The notes under the pieces are model-generated. The model saw nothing but the letters and a program-made list of their open reading frames with translations, ran no database searches and had not been told where the DNA came from. From an uncultured Elusimicrobia bacterium (GTDB lineage Bacteria; Elusimicrobiota; Elusimicrobia; F11): a stretch of DNA of 64,000 nucleotides. Shown one piece after another: positions 44,180 to 53,568 of this stretch. The translations under genes and the position numbers were made by a program. The stretch's first letter is position 1, and each line of letters begins with the position of its first letter. The stretch is from NCBI GenBank assembly GCA_964405835.1, contig CAYOPN010000003.1, positions 29,273 through 93,272 on the forward strand, given 5' to 3'.

Positions 44180-44378
44180 AACCGCCGCCTCCGAATCCGC
44201 GCCCGCCGCTGGATCCTTCTATGCTGAAATAAATGTGATCATCGAATGCGGATTGAATTGGGTCCGGATCAACTTGCATGGCCCGAACAGACAACAGATC
44301 ACGTTCCCACGGTTTCACGCCCAACGAGGCGCACCCCCCCAAAGTCATTAGAGCGATTGCCAGTATCACGCGGCCCAT
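44166..44378 (-). CDS. DUF4266-family small lipoprotein
   Basis: MGRVILAIALMTLGGCASLG lipobox; C-terminal GGRGFGGGGCGCN motif typical of DUF4266. Confidence 0.6.
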   Translation of the reverse strand: MGRVILAIALMTLGGCASLGVKPWERDLLSVRAMQVDPDPIQSAFDDHIYFSIEGSSGGRGFGGGGCGCN

Positions 44379-44743
44379 AGCGCCACCAAATTCCCTTCGC
44401 GGTCCCGGAACCATTGATACGACCCGCGTCCTTTCCCCAAATCCACCCGTTCGCCAACAATCATTCCGCCCAATTCCTTGACCCGGGCGGTATACCGGTC
44501 CAAATCGTCCACTGAAAAATACAGAACGGTCGTGTTCGCGTTGCGGTCAATGGAAGGGACTTTCCGAAGTCCTCCGATCAATTCCTGGCCGGACTGGATC
44601 ACCCAATAGTCGGAGATCGACGCGTCTTGCAGGAGCAAAAATTCCCATTCGAAAAGGCCTTCGTAAAACATGCGGGCGTCCATAACATTGGCGGCGGGAA
44701 GATCAAACCAATTCGTTTTGACAATGGGTTTTGTTATTAGCAT
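44366..44743 (-). CDS. VOC/glyoxalase-family protein
   Basis: ~125 aa with glyoxalase-like pattern (FYEGLFEWEF..., ...GNLVALW). Confidence 0.5.
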   Translation of the reverse strand: MLITKPIVKTNWFDLPAANVMDARMFYEGLFEWEFLLLQDASISDYWVIQSGQELIGGLRKVPSIDRNANTTVLYFSVDDLDRYTARVKELGGMIVGERVDLGKGRGSYQWFRDREGNLVALWAA

Positions 44744-44901
44744 GTCCTTAGTATATCCAATGATCTTTAAAACGATATTAATGCCGGATTAAAATCCTTT
44801 AATTTTAATCTTGTAGAATGCCGCGCCCCTCGAGCAACTTGGTCGCCAAGCATCGTGGCGACTGAACCCGGCGGAGATTAATAGGAGTACCCGGTTCATT
44901 T

Positions 44902-47900
44902 ATGGCAACACAGATACCGGGCGTAGAACGTGTCTCATTGAATGGCGCAACCCACCTTGATGACGACAGTCTCGTCCGTTACATCAACTTAAAACTGGCC
45001 GCCCTCGGCCAACCGACGTTCGGGACTACCAACGACCCTGGATTTGTCGAATTCGCCACGCCGTTCCTGCGGAACCATCAAGAGAAAAACCGGCTGCTGC
45101 TTAATTACGCGCCACCGGTCGACCGGCGCATCCAAGATTTCCTGAACGACATGCTGAAAGATATTTCCCCGGCCGTGACCATCAAATTGCCCAATGCTTT
45201 TATCCTGGACCGACCCGGCCTCGCCCGCACGATGTCACTTCCGCCGGACCGTGATATTTTCCAATCTGACATTGTCGAGACCTACCGTGTGAAACAGGGC
45301 GTCTTGCACAATCCCAAACACGATCGCCGCACCACCCAAGGCGTGTTCCATGTTGCCGAAGGCGGCCTGCCAATTCCCGAAGACAAACTGGCCGTTCCCA
45401 AAGCGACGTTTGCCAGGCTATTGCAAGCAGCCCTGCGTCCGCCGCGAGAACTTCTGCAGCTTCCGTTCACAGCCAGCCAAGAGAAGAAGGCAGAATTGTT
45501 TGTGTCGCTTCTTATGCGGCCACTCGTTTGTCCGTCCGCCGGAGCTGGCACCAAAGAAAAACGGATGGAAATTCGTTTCTTCGCGCCGGGCAACCTGGTC
45601 GGCAACCTGGATTTCGTTGAAATGATTTTTGGGAACGCGGGAGACCCGTTCCTGCCCGAAAACGATGCAGCGTTGGAAGTGGATGGATGGACCGGACACA
45701 CCGGCTGCGTTATTCTCGCGCCGCACCTGATCACGTTAACGAAAAAAGAAATGGGCCTTCCTTCCTATGACAAAGCCAACGAGCGCCAACGCCGCGACAG
45801 TATGTGCTGGAAGAAAGAAGACGAACTCTACAACAACGGCTCCGCCTTCAAGGTAACCTGCCGCGACGCGCGCGGCGTGATGGTCACCGTGATCGCCGAC
45901 AACTATTTCGGTTACTGCAAAAAAGAAGTGAAGACCCAGATCAGTTTTTCCGCCAACCTGTTTGGGCTCTGCGAGGAAGAACATTCGGGTGGCGCAGTCG
46001 CTTATCCAAGCTACATTCTCGGCCGCGATTTCTACGCGAACACCGCTTTCTCACAAAACAAGCGTGTGTTTGCCGACGCCATGGCGCTATTAAAAGACAA
46101 CGTCGAAATAAAACCGGACGGTTTCGCGGTTGATAAAAATCATCCAAGCATCCTCTACTTCCCTGAAAATACGCAATTCAATGTGCGTCAGCGCAGCATC
46201 AATTGGGAACATAACAAGGTCGCCAAGAAACGGAAGTTACTGGCGAACGAAACCTACGTTCTGCCTTCCGGATACAAAGTTCATCTGGAGCGTCAGATTG
46301 GAGGCCCCGCGTGGCGCCTAATTGGCACCGTTGCCGAGGGAACCCTCTGCCACAAACCCTGTACGGTGTCGGGCGGTGGAAAGTCGGAAATCTCCAAATC
46401 CATCTCTTACTCCATGTTACAGGGGCCGGTTTTTGTGAAGGATTTTCACAAGGATTTTGACGAGCTCGCGCAAATCCTGAAAAAGGATTTCACGCATCGC
46501 TTTAAAACACCGCCTCCGGATTACAAACACCGGCCCATCCTGAGCCCCGAACGCTCGCTGGGCTCCGTGGTCAAACTTTTTACGCCGTCACCAGAATTTA
46601 CCGATGAATATAACGCGTGGCTGGTGTCCTTGCCGCAAACTATCCGCCAACTTGTGTTCGTGGTCAAACGTTATTACAAGCCGGAGTGGGGCGATGACTG
46701 GCGCGAACATTTCAGCGTCGACCGAATTAACGGTTTTCTTGGCCACGAATTAAAATACGGCGACCAGCGCCTCATCGCAAATTATCTGCGTGTCGGCCAC
46801 GATAGGGACGGATCTTGGCGCATTTTCAAAGTCCGACCGGACTTCAACCCAGCTGAGAAAGTCCAGGTGGAAGACGATATCACGGCTTCCATCGTTGTGC
46901 CGCGCGAGGCGTTGAACGATCTATATCCCGCGGACGACAACAACAGCGTAAAGCTCGTGACCAACTGCGAATCGGTCTTGTTCCAGCGGCCCGATGACGC
47001 GAAACTTCGCGGCTATGACAAACAAGCCGAGGCCGATCTGTCCGAACCCGAGACGTTCCTTTCGAACTGGCAACCACTCAACCGCGGCGATGTCGTTGAT
47101 TTGGTTGAAAACATCGTCGACTTCGACGACTACAGCGAACCAATGAAAAAATTGTTGCTGGGATTCCTGCAGGACAACAAACCCAAATACGCGGTGTCCT
47201 CCGCGCACGCGCGCCTCGTTGATGGAAAAAGATCAAAAAATCCCCGCTATCTACAGAAGCGCCCCGACCGCGTGAACGCGCGCGCCACTTATTTGGCCGA
47301 GGTCGGCATCCGCTTGTCCCGCGGCATTCCGGTCGACCGGACAGTGCATTACCCGGTGAATTCGGTGCTCGCCGGCCGTCGCAACAACCCGCCCGACAAA
47401 GAAGCGGGGTTGCCGGCGCTCGCGGTCTACAATCCGATCCATTACCAGGAATTACCGGAGCTCTTCATGGACTTTGTGTCGAGCTTGACCGGCAAGTCCC
47501 CCTCAACGACAGGCTTTGGCTCCGAAGGCGCCCTGACGAAAGGGCCATTTAACGCGCTTTGGCCGGTCGTTGATTTGAACAACGCGCTGCTCTCCTTTAT
47601 TTTGACCGGTTACGACGGTTTCACAACGGCCGCCGGCCATGTGGGCCCTTACATTGAAGTTGAACACGACATCAGCATGTTGATCCCAGAAATTTGGTCG
47701 CGCATGAAAGTGTCCGAACGGAAACCCGACTTCATGTTCAAGAACGGTTTCTTGGAGCCGCTCGCGGACTTCGAGCACAAAGGAAAGAAAGTGCTCGCGA
47801 GCCGACTGGGCTCCCGCATCACCAACCGTTTCGTCGACCTCTTTTTGGGCCGGTTGTTTGAAAACCCGAACCTGGTTTTCTCGGAAGACATGCTCAAACC

Positions 47901-48360
47901 CGAGAAACAGGACCTGGACATGTTCGTGGAAGGCGTGAACGAGATCGTCGCAACGCAGAAACGTGTGGCTGAAAATTATTTCAAAGACGGCAGCGTGGAC
48001 GCCGCCTGCCCTCCGCTAAAAGCGGTGCTGCACATCATGGCGAAGGGAAATTACGAAGGAAAGGATTCCAAACATCCGGACGTCCGCAAACTCTTTGACC
48101 GTGAGACCGTGCTGAAGAGCGATTGGTACAAAGAACGCCTCGCCACCAAACAGAAACGGGACATTGATCTATGGAACAAACACATTTCCTACATTGACGA
48201 ATTCAACAAACGCCCCGGCAACGTTGAGACCGTGGCCACGCTAAACCTGGAAACCCGTTTAGAAACCGCCAAAACAAAACTGGCGGAAGTGAAGAACGCG
48301 TCCTACCTAAAGACCCTGATCGGCACGCTTGGCGCCGACCCGTTCCACATACAGACCTAA
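44902..48360 (+). CDS. Large (1152 aa) cytoplasmic protein of unknown function; size compatible with PPi-dependent PEP carboxykinase family (speculative)
   Basis: Uninterrupted 3.46-kb ORF; no signal peptide; no motifs I recognise with certainty. Confidence 0.5.
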   Translation: MATQIPGVERVSLNGATHLDDDSLVRYINLKLAALGQPTFGTTNDPGFVEFATPFLRNHQEKNRLLLNYAPPVDRRIQDFLNDMLKDISPAVTIKLPNAFILDRPGLARTMSLPPDRDIFQSDIVETYRVKQGVLHNPKHDRRTTQGVFHVAEGGLPIPEDKLAVPKATFARLLQAALRPPRELLQLPFTASQEKKAELFVSLLMRPLVCPSAGAGTKEKRMEIRFFAPGNLVGNLDFVEMIFGNAGDPFLPENDAALEVDGWTGHTGCVILAPHLITLTKKEMGLPSYDKANERQRRDSMCWKKEDELYNNGSAFKVTCRDARGVMVTVIADNYFGYCKKEVKTQISFSANLFGLCEEEHSGGAVAYPSYILGRDFYANTAFSQNKRVFADAMALLKDNVEIKPDGFAVDKNHPSILYFPENTQFNVRQRSINWEHNKVAKKRKLLANETYVLPSGYKVHLERQIGGPAWRLIGTVAEGTLCHKPCTVSGGGKSEISKSISYSMLQGPVFVKDFHKDFDELAQILKKDFTHRFKTPPPDYKHRPILSPERSLGSVVKLFTPSPEFTDEYNAWLVSLPQTIRQLVFVVKRYYKPEWGDDWREHFSVDRINGFLGHELKYGDQRLIANYLRVGHDRDGSWRIFKVRPDFNPAEKVQVEDDITASIVVPREALNDLYPADDNNSVKLVTNCESVLFQRPDDAKLRGYDKQAEADLSEPETFLSNWQPLNRGDVVDLVENIVDFDDYSEPMKKLLLGFLQDNKPKYAVSSAHARLVDGKRSKNPRYLQKRPDRVNARATYLAEVGIRLSRGIPVDRTVHYPVNSVLAGRRNNPPDKEAGLPALAVYNPIHYQELPELFMDFVSSLTGKSPSTTGFGSEGALTKGPFNALWPVVDLNNALLSFILTGYDGFTTAAGHVGPYIEVEHDISMLIPEIWSRMKVSERKPDFMFKNGFLEPLADFEHKGKKVLASRLGSRITNRFVDLFLGRLFENPNLVFSEDMLKPEKQDLDMFVEGVNEIVATQKRVAENYFKDGSVDAACPPLKAVLHIMAKGNYEGKDSKHPDVRKLFDRETVLKSDWYKERLATKQKRDIDLWNKHISYIDEFNKRPGNVETVATLNLETRLETAKTKLAEVKNASYLKTLIGTLGADPFHIQT

Positions 48361-49140
48361 AAGAATCAGCGCACCGCCCGCGAGCGACAGCAGCGACGGC
48401 ACTTCCTTGAGCCACAGCCATCCGATCAACGTGGCGACCACCGGAATCAAATAAAGAAACATTACCGCGCGGGACGCCGGCATCCGCTTGATCACGCTGG
48501 CCCACAGCACAAACGTGATCGCGCCGGGGAACACGCCGAGATAGACGGTCGACCAGGTCGCTTCGGCTGAGGCGGCGCGAAACGCGGCCGGAAGGCCCGA
48601 TGCAAATGGCAGCAGCATCAGCGTGCCGAACCAGATGATGTAGCAGTTGAAATTAATGGAATCGTAGTTGCCGATAAGTTTTTTTTGGATCGTCGTGTAT
48701 ATGCTGCCGCAAAGCGCCGACAACAACACGAAACCCACGTAGCTGTTTATTTGAAACCCGCCGCCTTCCCCAAAAGCGATGACGCCAGCGCCCGCGAAAC
48801 TCAAGGTCACGCCGACCCAAGCGCCAAACGAAAATTTTTCTTTCAGGAAAATACCTGCCCAGATGATCGCCCAGATCGGCAGCGTGCTCAAAATCAAGCT
48901 TGCCGCGCTTGCGGTCACGTTCTTCTCTCCGATGTTCAAACAAACGTGGTAGCCGGGAATGCTGAAGAACGCGGCAATGATCAATAGCGGCACATCGGTT
49001 TTGCGCGGAAGGCGGAAACCACGGACAAGCACCAGTGGCACCAGCGCAAGGGAAGCGACCGAGAAACGGAAGACCGCCATGGTGATGGGGTCGTAACCGT
49101 GGAGCGCCGCGCGGATGGCTGGGAAGGCAGAACCCCACAA
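48307..49140 (-). CDS. EamA/DMT-family transporter
   Basis: 10-TM pattern with duplicated EamA-like halves. Confidence 0.75.
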   Translation of the reverse strand: MWGSAFPAIRAALHGYDPITMAVFRFSVASLALVPLVLVRGFRLPRKTDVPLLIIAAFFSIPGYHVCLNIGEKNVTASAASLILSTLPIWAIIWAGIFLKEKFSFGAWVGVTLSFAGAGVIAFGEGGGFQINSYVGFVLLSALCGSIYTTIQKKLIGNYDSINFNCYIIWFGTLMLLPFASGLPAAFRAASAEATWSTVYLGVFPGAITFVLWASVIKRMPASRAVMFLYLIPVVATLIGWLWLKEVPSLLSLAGGALILLGLYVERVGAKRADQGL

Positions 49141-49172
49141 GACGATGCTGAGGACAAGTGTGGCGGTGAGGT

Positions 49173-50210
49173 TCAGAGCGGGAAGACCTGAAACGCGGTG
49201 ATGCCGATGAAGACTTCGCGGCCCACTTCAAAACCGCTGGCGAGCACGATACCTTTGGGCACGTGCGCAATGATGTGTTTCTCGGCGCCCAGGTCGAGCA
49301 AGAGCTCAATTTGTGGACCGCGGAAGCGGGTCTTGATGATTTTTCCTTTCACTTGCAGCGTCTCCGGCACGGAGCTCACGTACACATCGTGTGGCCGGAA
49401 ATAAATGCGCACGCGCTGTCCGACCTTGTGGCCGGTCACCGTGAACCGAAACGGACCCCACGTCACCAACTCCGGCCCCGTCACTTCGGATTCAATGAAG
49501 TTGGATTCCCCCACAAACTCGGCGACAAACTGGGTCGACGGCTTGTCGAAAATTTCGAGCGGCGTGCCTTCCTGTTCGACCCGGCCGTGGTTCATCACGA
49601 GCACCTTACTCGCGATCTCGAGCGCCTCGTGCTGGTCGTGCGTCACGAAAATTGTGGTCACGTGCATCTGCTCGTGCAGGCGGACGATCCATTCGCGCAG
49701 TTCGTCGCGCACCTTCGCATCTAACGCGCCAAACGGTTCGTCCAACAAAAGCACTTTCGGGTCCGGCGCGAGCGCGCGCGCGAGCGCGACGCGTTGACGC
49801 TGCCCGCCCGACAATTGTGACGGGAACCGGTGCCCCAGACCGTCGAGCGAGACCAAACCCAGCAATTCGCTCACACGCTCGTCCCGTTCTTTTTTGGAGA
49901 CATTGCGGACCAACAAACCGAACGCAATGTTCTCGGCGACCGTCATGTGGCGGAAAAGCGCGTAGTGCTGAAACACAAACCCGATGTTGCGATCGCGCGC
50001 CGATTGGGCCGATGATTCCTGGCCGATGATCTGGATTTCACCCGAATCGGGGATCTCAAGCCCCGCGATCATGCGGAGCAGCGTGCTTTTTCCGGAACCG
50101 CTCGGCCCCAAGAGCGCCACCAAAGAGCCGCCGTCAACCGCGAAACTGACATTGTCCACCGCCGCCAGCTTCCCAAAGCGCTTGTTTAAATTTTTTACCG
50201 CAATACTCAT
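49173..50210 (-). CDS. cysA: Sulfate/thiosulfate (or molybdate-type) ABC importer ATP-binding protein with C-terminal TOBE domain
   Basis: Walker A GPSGSGKST; LSGGQRQRVALARAL; LLLDEPFGALD; C-terminal TOBE-like ...VRIYFRPHDV. Confidence 0.85.
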   Translation of the reverse strand: MSIAVKNLNKRFGKLAAVDNVSFAVDGGSLVALLGPSGSGKSTLLRMIAGLEIPDSGEIQIIGQESSAQSARDRNIGFVFQHYALFRHMTVAENIAFGLLVRNVSKKERDERVSELLGLVSLDGLGHRFPSQLSGGQRQRVALARALAPDPKVLLLDEPFGALDAKVRDELREWIVRLHEQMHVTTIFVTHDQHEALEIASKVLVMNHGRVEQEGTPLEIFDKPSTQFVAEFVGESNFIESEVTGPELVTWGPFRFTVTGHKVGQRVRIYFRPHDVYVSSVPETLQVKGKIIKTRFRGPQIELLLDLGAEKHIIAHVPKGIVLASGFEVGREVFIGITAFQVFPL

Positions 50211-51088
50211 AACTCCTCCGTCTTCGATTCCTGCCTGGTCCTTGATTCCACGATGGCCTTCGCGACCAGCGTCACCACTGACAACAATGCCAGCAACGAT
50301 GCCACCGCGAACGCGCCGGCGAAATTGTATTCGTTGTAAAGAATTTCAACGTGCAATGGGATCGTGTTCGTCATGCCGCGGATGTGCCCTGACACGACCG
50401 AGACCGCGCCGAATTCGCCCATCGCGCGTGCGTTGCACAAGATCACGCCGTAGAGCAGCCCCCACTTGATGTTCGGCAGCGTCACTTTTTTAAAAATTTG
50501 CCAGCCGTTGGCGCCGAGCACCCACGCGGCCAACTCCTCATCGGGCCCCTGTGCTTGCATGAGCGGGATCAGCTCGCGCGCAACGAACGGGAACGTCACG
50601 AACCACGTGGCCAGCACAATCCCCGGCGTTGCAAAAATAATTTTGAACCCGTGGTCGATGAACCAGGGCCCGAAAAACCCATGCAGCCCGAACATCAACA
50701 CAAAAATCATGCCGGAGATGACCGGCGAAACCGAAAATGGCAAATCAATCAACGTGATCAAGAGCGCCTTGCCGCGGAAATTGAACCGCGCGATGGCCCA
50801 CGACGCCGCCAATCCGAAAATCACATTCAGCGGCAGCACGATCGCGGTCACAATGATGGTGAGTTTGATGGCCGACCACGACATCGGGTCGGCAATCGCC
50901 TGCCAGTACAACTCCACCCCTTTCTTCAATCCTTCGTAAAAAACGGCGACGAGCGGCAAGAATAAAAAGAGCGCGAGAAATACGAGCGCGACCGTGATGA
51001 GCAGCACGCGCACGGGGCGCGACTCACTCATCCCATGCGTCGGGAAACCGCCGGTCTTGGTCTGGAGTCTCGAGATCGCGCCGGCCAT
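50207..51088 (-). CDS. cysW: Sulfate ABC transporter permease
   Basis: CysW-like permease with EAA-type loop. Start taken at the Met one nt after the cysT stop (TAATATG); ATGA overlap with cysA. Confidence 0.75.
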   Translation of the reverse strand: MAGAISRLQTKTGGFPTHGMSESRPVRVLLITVALVFLALFLFLPLVAVFYEGLKKGVELYWQAIADPMSWSAIKLTIIVTAIVLPLNVIFGLAASWAIARFNFRGKALLITLIDLPFSVSPVISGMIFVLMFGLHGFFGPWFIDHGFKIIFATPGIVLATWFVTFPFVARELIPLMQAQGPDEELAAWVLGANGWQIFKKVTLPNIKWGLLYGVILCNARAMGEFGAVSVVSGHIRGMTNTIPLHVEILYNEYNFAGAFAVASLLALLSVVTLVAKAIVESRTRQESKTEEL

Positions 51089-51089
51089 A

Positions 51090-51929
51090 TTAGATGGCCC
51101 CCTGGCGACGGCGGCTCCACCACTGGATGACATTGATCATAAGGATCAGCACAAACGCCATGACGAGCATCACCACCGCGATGGCGGCCGCGCCCGCGTA
51201 ATCAAATTGCTCAAGCTTGGTCATGATCAAAAGCGGCGTGATCTCGGTCTTAAGGGGCATGTTGCCCGAAATAAAAACGACCGAGCCGTATTCGCCGAGG
51301 GCACGCGCGAACGCGAGCGTGAAACCGGTGACGATGGATGGGAATATCACGGGAAAAACGGCCCAACGGATGGTTTGCCACCGCGAAGCGCCTAGCGTCG
51401 CCGCCGCTTCTTCCATGTCGCGGTCCATGTCTTCGAGCACGGGTTGGACGGTGCGCACAACAAACGGTAATCCGATGAACGTCATCGCGAGCAGGATGCC
51501 AAGCGGCGTGTAAGCGACCTTGATGCCGATTTTCTCGAGCGGCGCGCCGATCCAGCCGTTCTGAGAATACAGCGTGGTAAGCGTGATGCCGGCGACCGCG
51601 GTGGGAAGCGCAAAAGGAAGGTCCACGATGCCATCGATGATTTTTTTACCGGGGAACGAGTAACGCACGAGCACCCAGGCCACAATCACGCCGAAAAAGG
51701 CGTTGATGAGCGCGGCTATGAGGGAGGTGGAGAATGTGAGCTTAAGGGAAGCAAGCACGCGCGGGGAGGTAACGACATCAAGGAATTCTTTCCAACTCAA
51801 GTCCGCTGCCCGGAAAAACAGCGTGGAAAGCGGGAGCAACACGACCAGCGTCAACAATAGCAGGGTCAACCCCATGCTGAGGCCGAAGCCGGGTAACACG
51901 CTCCGTTCTTTTTTAAACAGTGAAAACAT
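51090..51929 (-). CDS. cysT: Sulfate ABC transporter permease
   Basis: CysT/CysU-like permease; AAGGAG RBS 6 nt upstream of ATG. Confidence 0.75.
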   Translation of the reverse strand: MFSLFKKERSVLPGFGLSMGLTLLLLTLVVLLPLSTLFFRAADLSWKEFLDVVTSPRVLASLKLTFSTSLIAALINAFFGVIVAWVLVRYSFPGKKIIDGIVDLPFALPTAVAGITLTTLYSQNGWIGAPLEKIGIKVAYTPLGILLAMTFIGLPFVVRTVQPVLEDMDRDMEEAAATLGASRWQTIRWAVFPVIFPSIVTGFTLAFARALGEYGSVVFISGNMPLKTEITPLLIMTKLEQFDYAGAAAIAVVMLVMAFVLILMINVIQWWSRRRQGAI

Positions 51930-51938
51930 TTTTCTCCT

Positions 51939-51982
51939 TAAAAATAAAAATCCCGTGCCAACTTTTTCAAAGCTGACACGGG
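51939..51982 (-). terminator. Intrinsic-terminator-like hairpin plus U-tract in the cysTWA leader, abutting the RBS
   Basis: Minus strand: CCCGUGUCAGC-UUUGAAAAA-GUUGGCACGGG (11-bp stem, 2 G.U) then AUUUUUAUUUUUAAGGAGAAAAAUG. Confidence 0.45.
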
Positions 51983-52117
51983 TTTCGAAAAACGTTTTCC
52001 GTAACTGCGCCGCTTTAGCCCTGTTTTTGTCCGGTCGGGCAAGTTGGTATTAAATTCCACCGTGCTAGCGCGCGAACAGTAATAATTTTTTTTGAAAATG
52101 TCATCATCTGCTTCTTC

Positions 52118-52867
52118 ATGAGCAACCAGACCTTCATCGCATTTGACCACGCCGGCGTGGTCCGCGGATCAAAACACCTGGTGTTGTGGGCAGCGATGCT
52201 GTTAATGACGCCGGTGCTGGGGACCGCCGTTGATATGGAACAATTGAAGGCCGAGGTATCGGTCTCGCCGGGCCGCCTTGCCGAACAACTCAACGTGGAA
52301 ATCCGCCCGGCCACAGACCAATTGCCTCCCCATTTGCGGTACTCATTCGACGACGACAAATTGTCCGATCAAATAAATCACCGCGAACGCCAGTTGTTGA
52401 TCATTCCCATCGATGCTTACCGCGCGCAGTACAACAAACGGGAAATGAAGGCCTTCGACAAGCGTTTGTTCGGACTTAAACAGGTGATTTACCGCAACAT
52501 CGGCGAATACGTCGGCCAGATCCCAATTTTCCCTGTGATAAATGCGCGGCAGGCCTTTCATGCCGCGATCGCTCAATTGGGATTTGACGGCGGGGGCGGG
52601 GTGCGTTTCATTACGCGGTATGGAAAGGAAGGAAGCATCAGCACCAACAAAAACATTTTTTACACATTCCAAGGCGTGACCAGAAACGGCAAAGCGCTGG
52701 TCTGCCTGTTCTATCCGATTGCGGTCCGCAACTTACCTCTGACCGCAGAAGACAGCACGTGCGCCATGTACATCGACCAGCAAACACCCGAGCGCTTCAC
52801 ACCGCACCTGCACGACCTGGACAAGATTGTCCAAGCCATTCAGATAAAACAAGAAAAGAAACGCTAG
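52118..52867 (+). CDS. Hypothetical protein with N-terminal TM/signal segment
   Basis: HLVLWAAMLLMTPVLGTAV hydrophobic segment; no recognised motif. Confidence 0.35.
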   Translation: MSNQTFIAFDHAGVVRGSKHLVLWAAMLLMTPVLGTAVDMEQLKAEVSVSPGRLAEQLNVEIRPATDQLPPHLRYSFDDDKLSDQINHRERQLLIIPIDAYRAQYNKREMKAFDKRLFGLKQVIYRNIGEYVGQIPIFPVINARQAFHAAIAQLGFDGGGGVRFITRYGKEGSISTNKNIFYTFQGVTRNGKALVCLFYPIAVRNLPLTAEDSTCAMYIDQQTPERFTPHLHDLDKIVQAIQIKQEKKR

Positions 52868-53568
52868 GCCGCCATCTCCCAGACCAGCACTTCCGCGCCT
52901 GATTTTTCGTCGGCCGTGAGTTTCGGCGCGCCGGCCGCGGTCAACCGCACCGCGTCACCTTGCGCCAGTTTTCCCGCGCCTTCCAACGTAGCCGATCCTT
53001 TCGCGATGAACACATGCGCGTAGCGCGCATCGGGGACCTTCACCGACTCACCGGCTTTTAAACGCCCACCCCAAAGCACGGCGCCTTTTTGACGAATGGA
53101 GATGGCCGCGTTGTGGTTGCGACCGGACGCAATCGGCACGAGGCCGCCTTTGTCCATCTCCTTATTAATATCCAGCTGTTCGTAACTGGGGTTAATGGAC
53201 TCCTTATCCGGGAGCACCCACATCTGGACCAGGTGCACAGGGTTGTCGCCGCTCGGGTTCATTTCGGAATGCCAAATACCGCGGCCTGCGCTCATGCGCT
53301 GCGCGAGACCGGGATAAATAATCCCTTTATTCCCCACCGAGTCCTTGTGTTCAAGCTCACCCGAGAGCACCCAGGTAACGATCTCCATGTCCTGATGCGG
53401 GTGCGTCGAGAAACCGGAACCCGGGTGGATCACGTCGTCGTTGTTGACGAGCAATAACCCGTGGTTTGTGTTATCGGCATCATAATGTTGACCAAAGCTG
53501 AAGCTGTGATACGAATCCAGCCAACCGATGTTGGTCTTAAACCTCTCGTTTGCGCGTTTAATGTCCAT
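52864..53568 (-). CDS. Pirin-family (cupin) protein
   Basis: GFSTHPHQDMEIVTWVLSGELEHKDSVGN...MSAGRGIWHSEMN matches the pirin metal-binding block. Confidence 0.85.
   Translation of the reverse strand: MDIKRANERFKTNIGWLDSYHSFSFGQHYDADNTNHGLLLVNNDDVIHPGSGFSTHPHQDMEIVTWVLSGELEHKDSVGNKGIIYPGLAQRMSAGRGIWHSEMNPSGDNPVHLVQMWVLPDKESINPSYEQLDINKEMDKGGLVPIASGRNHNAAISIRQKGAVLWGGRLKAGESVKVPDARYAHVFIAKGSATLEGAGKLAQGDAVRLTAAGAPKLTADEKSGAEVLVWEMAA

Noticed and set aside
52014-52103. 30-codon uORF (MMTFSKKIITVRALARWNLIPTCPTGQKQG) in the cysT leader, minus strand
   Set aside because: Its start abuts the divergent gene's start codon, it has no sulfur-amino-acid codon bias and no RBS; likely fortuitous.
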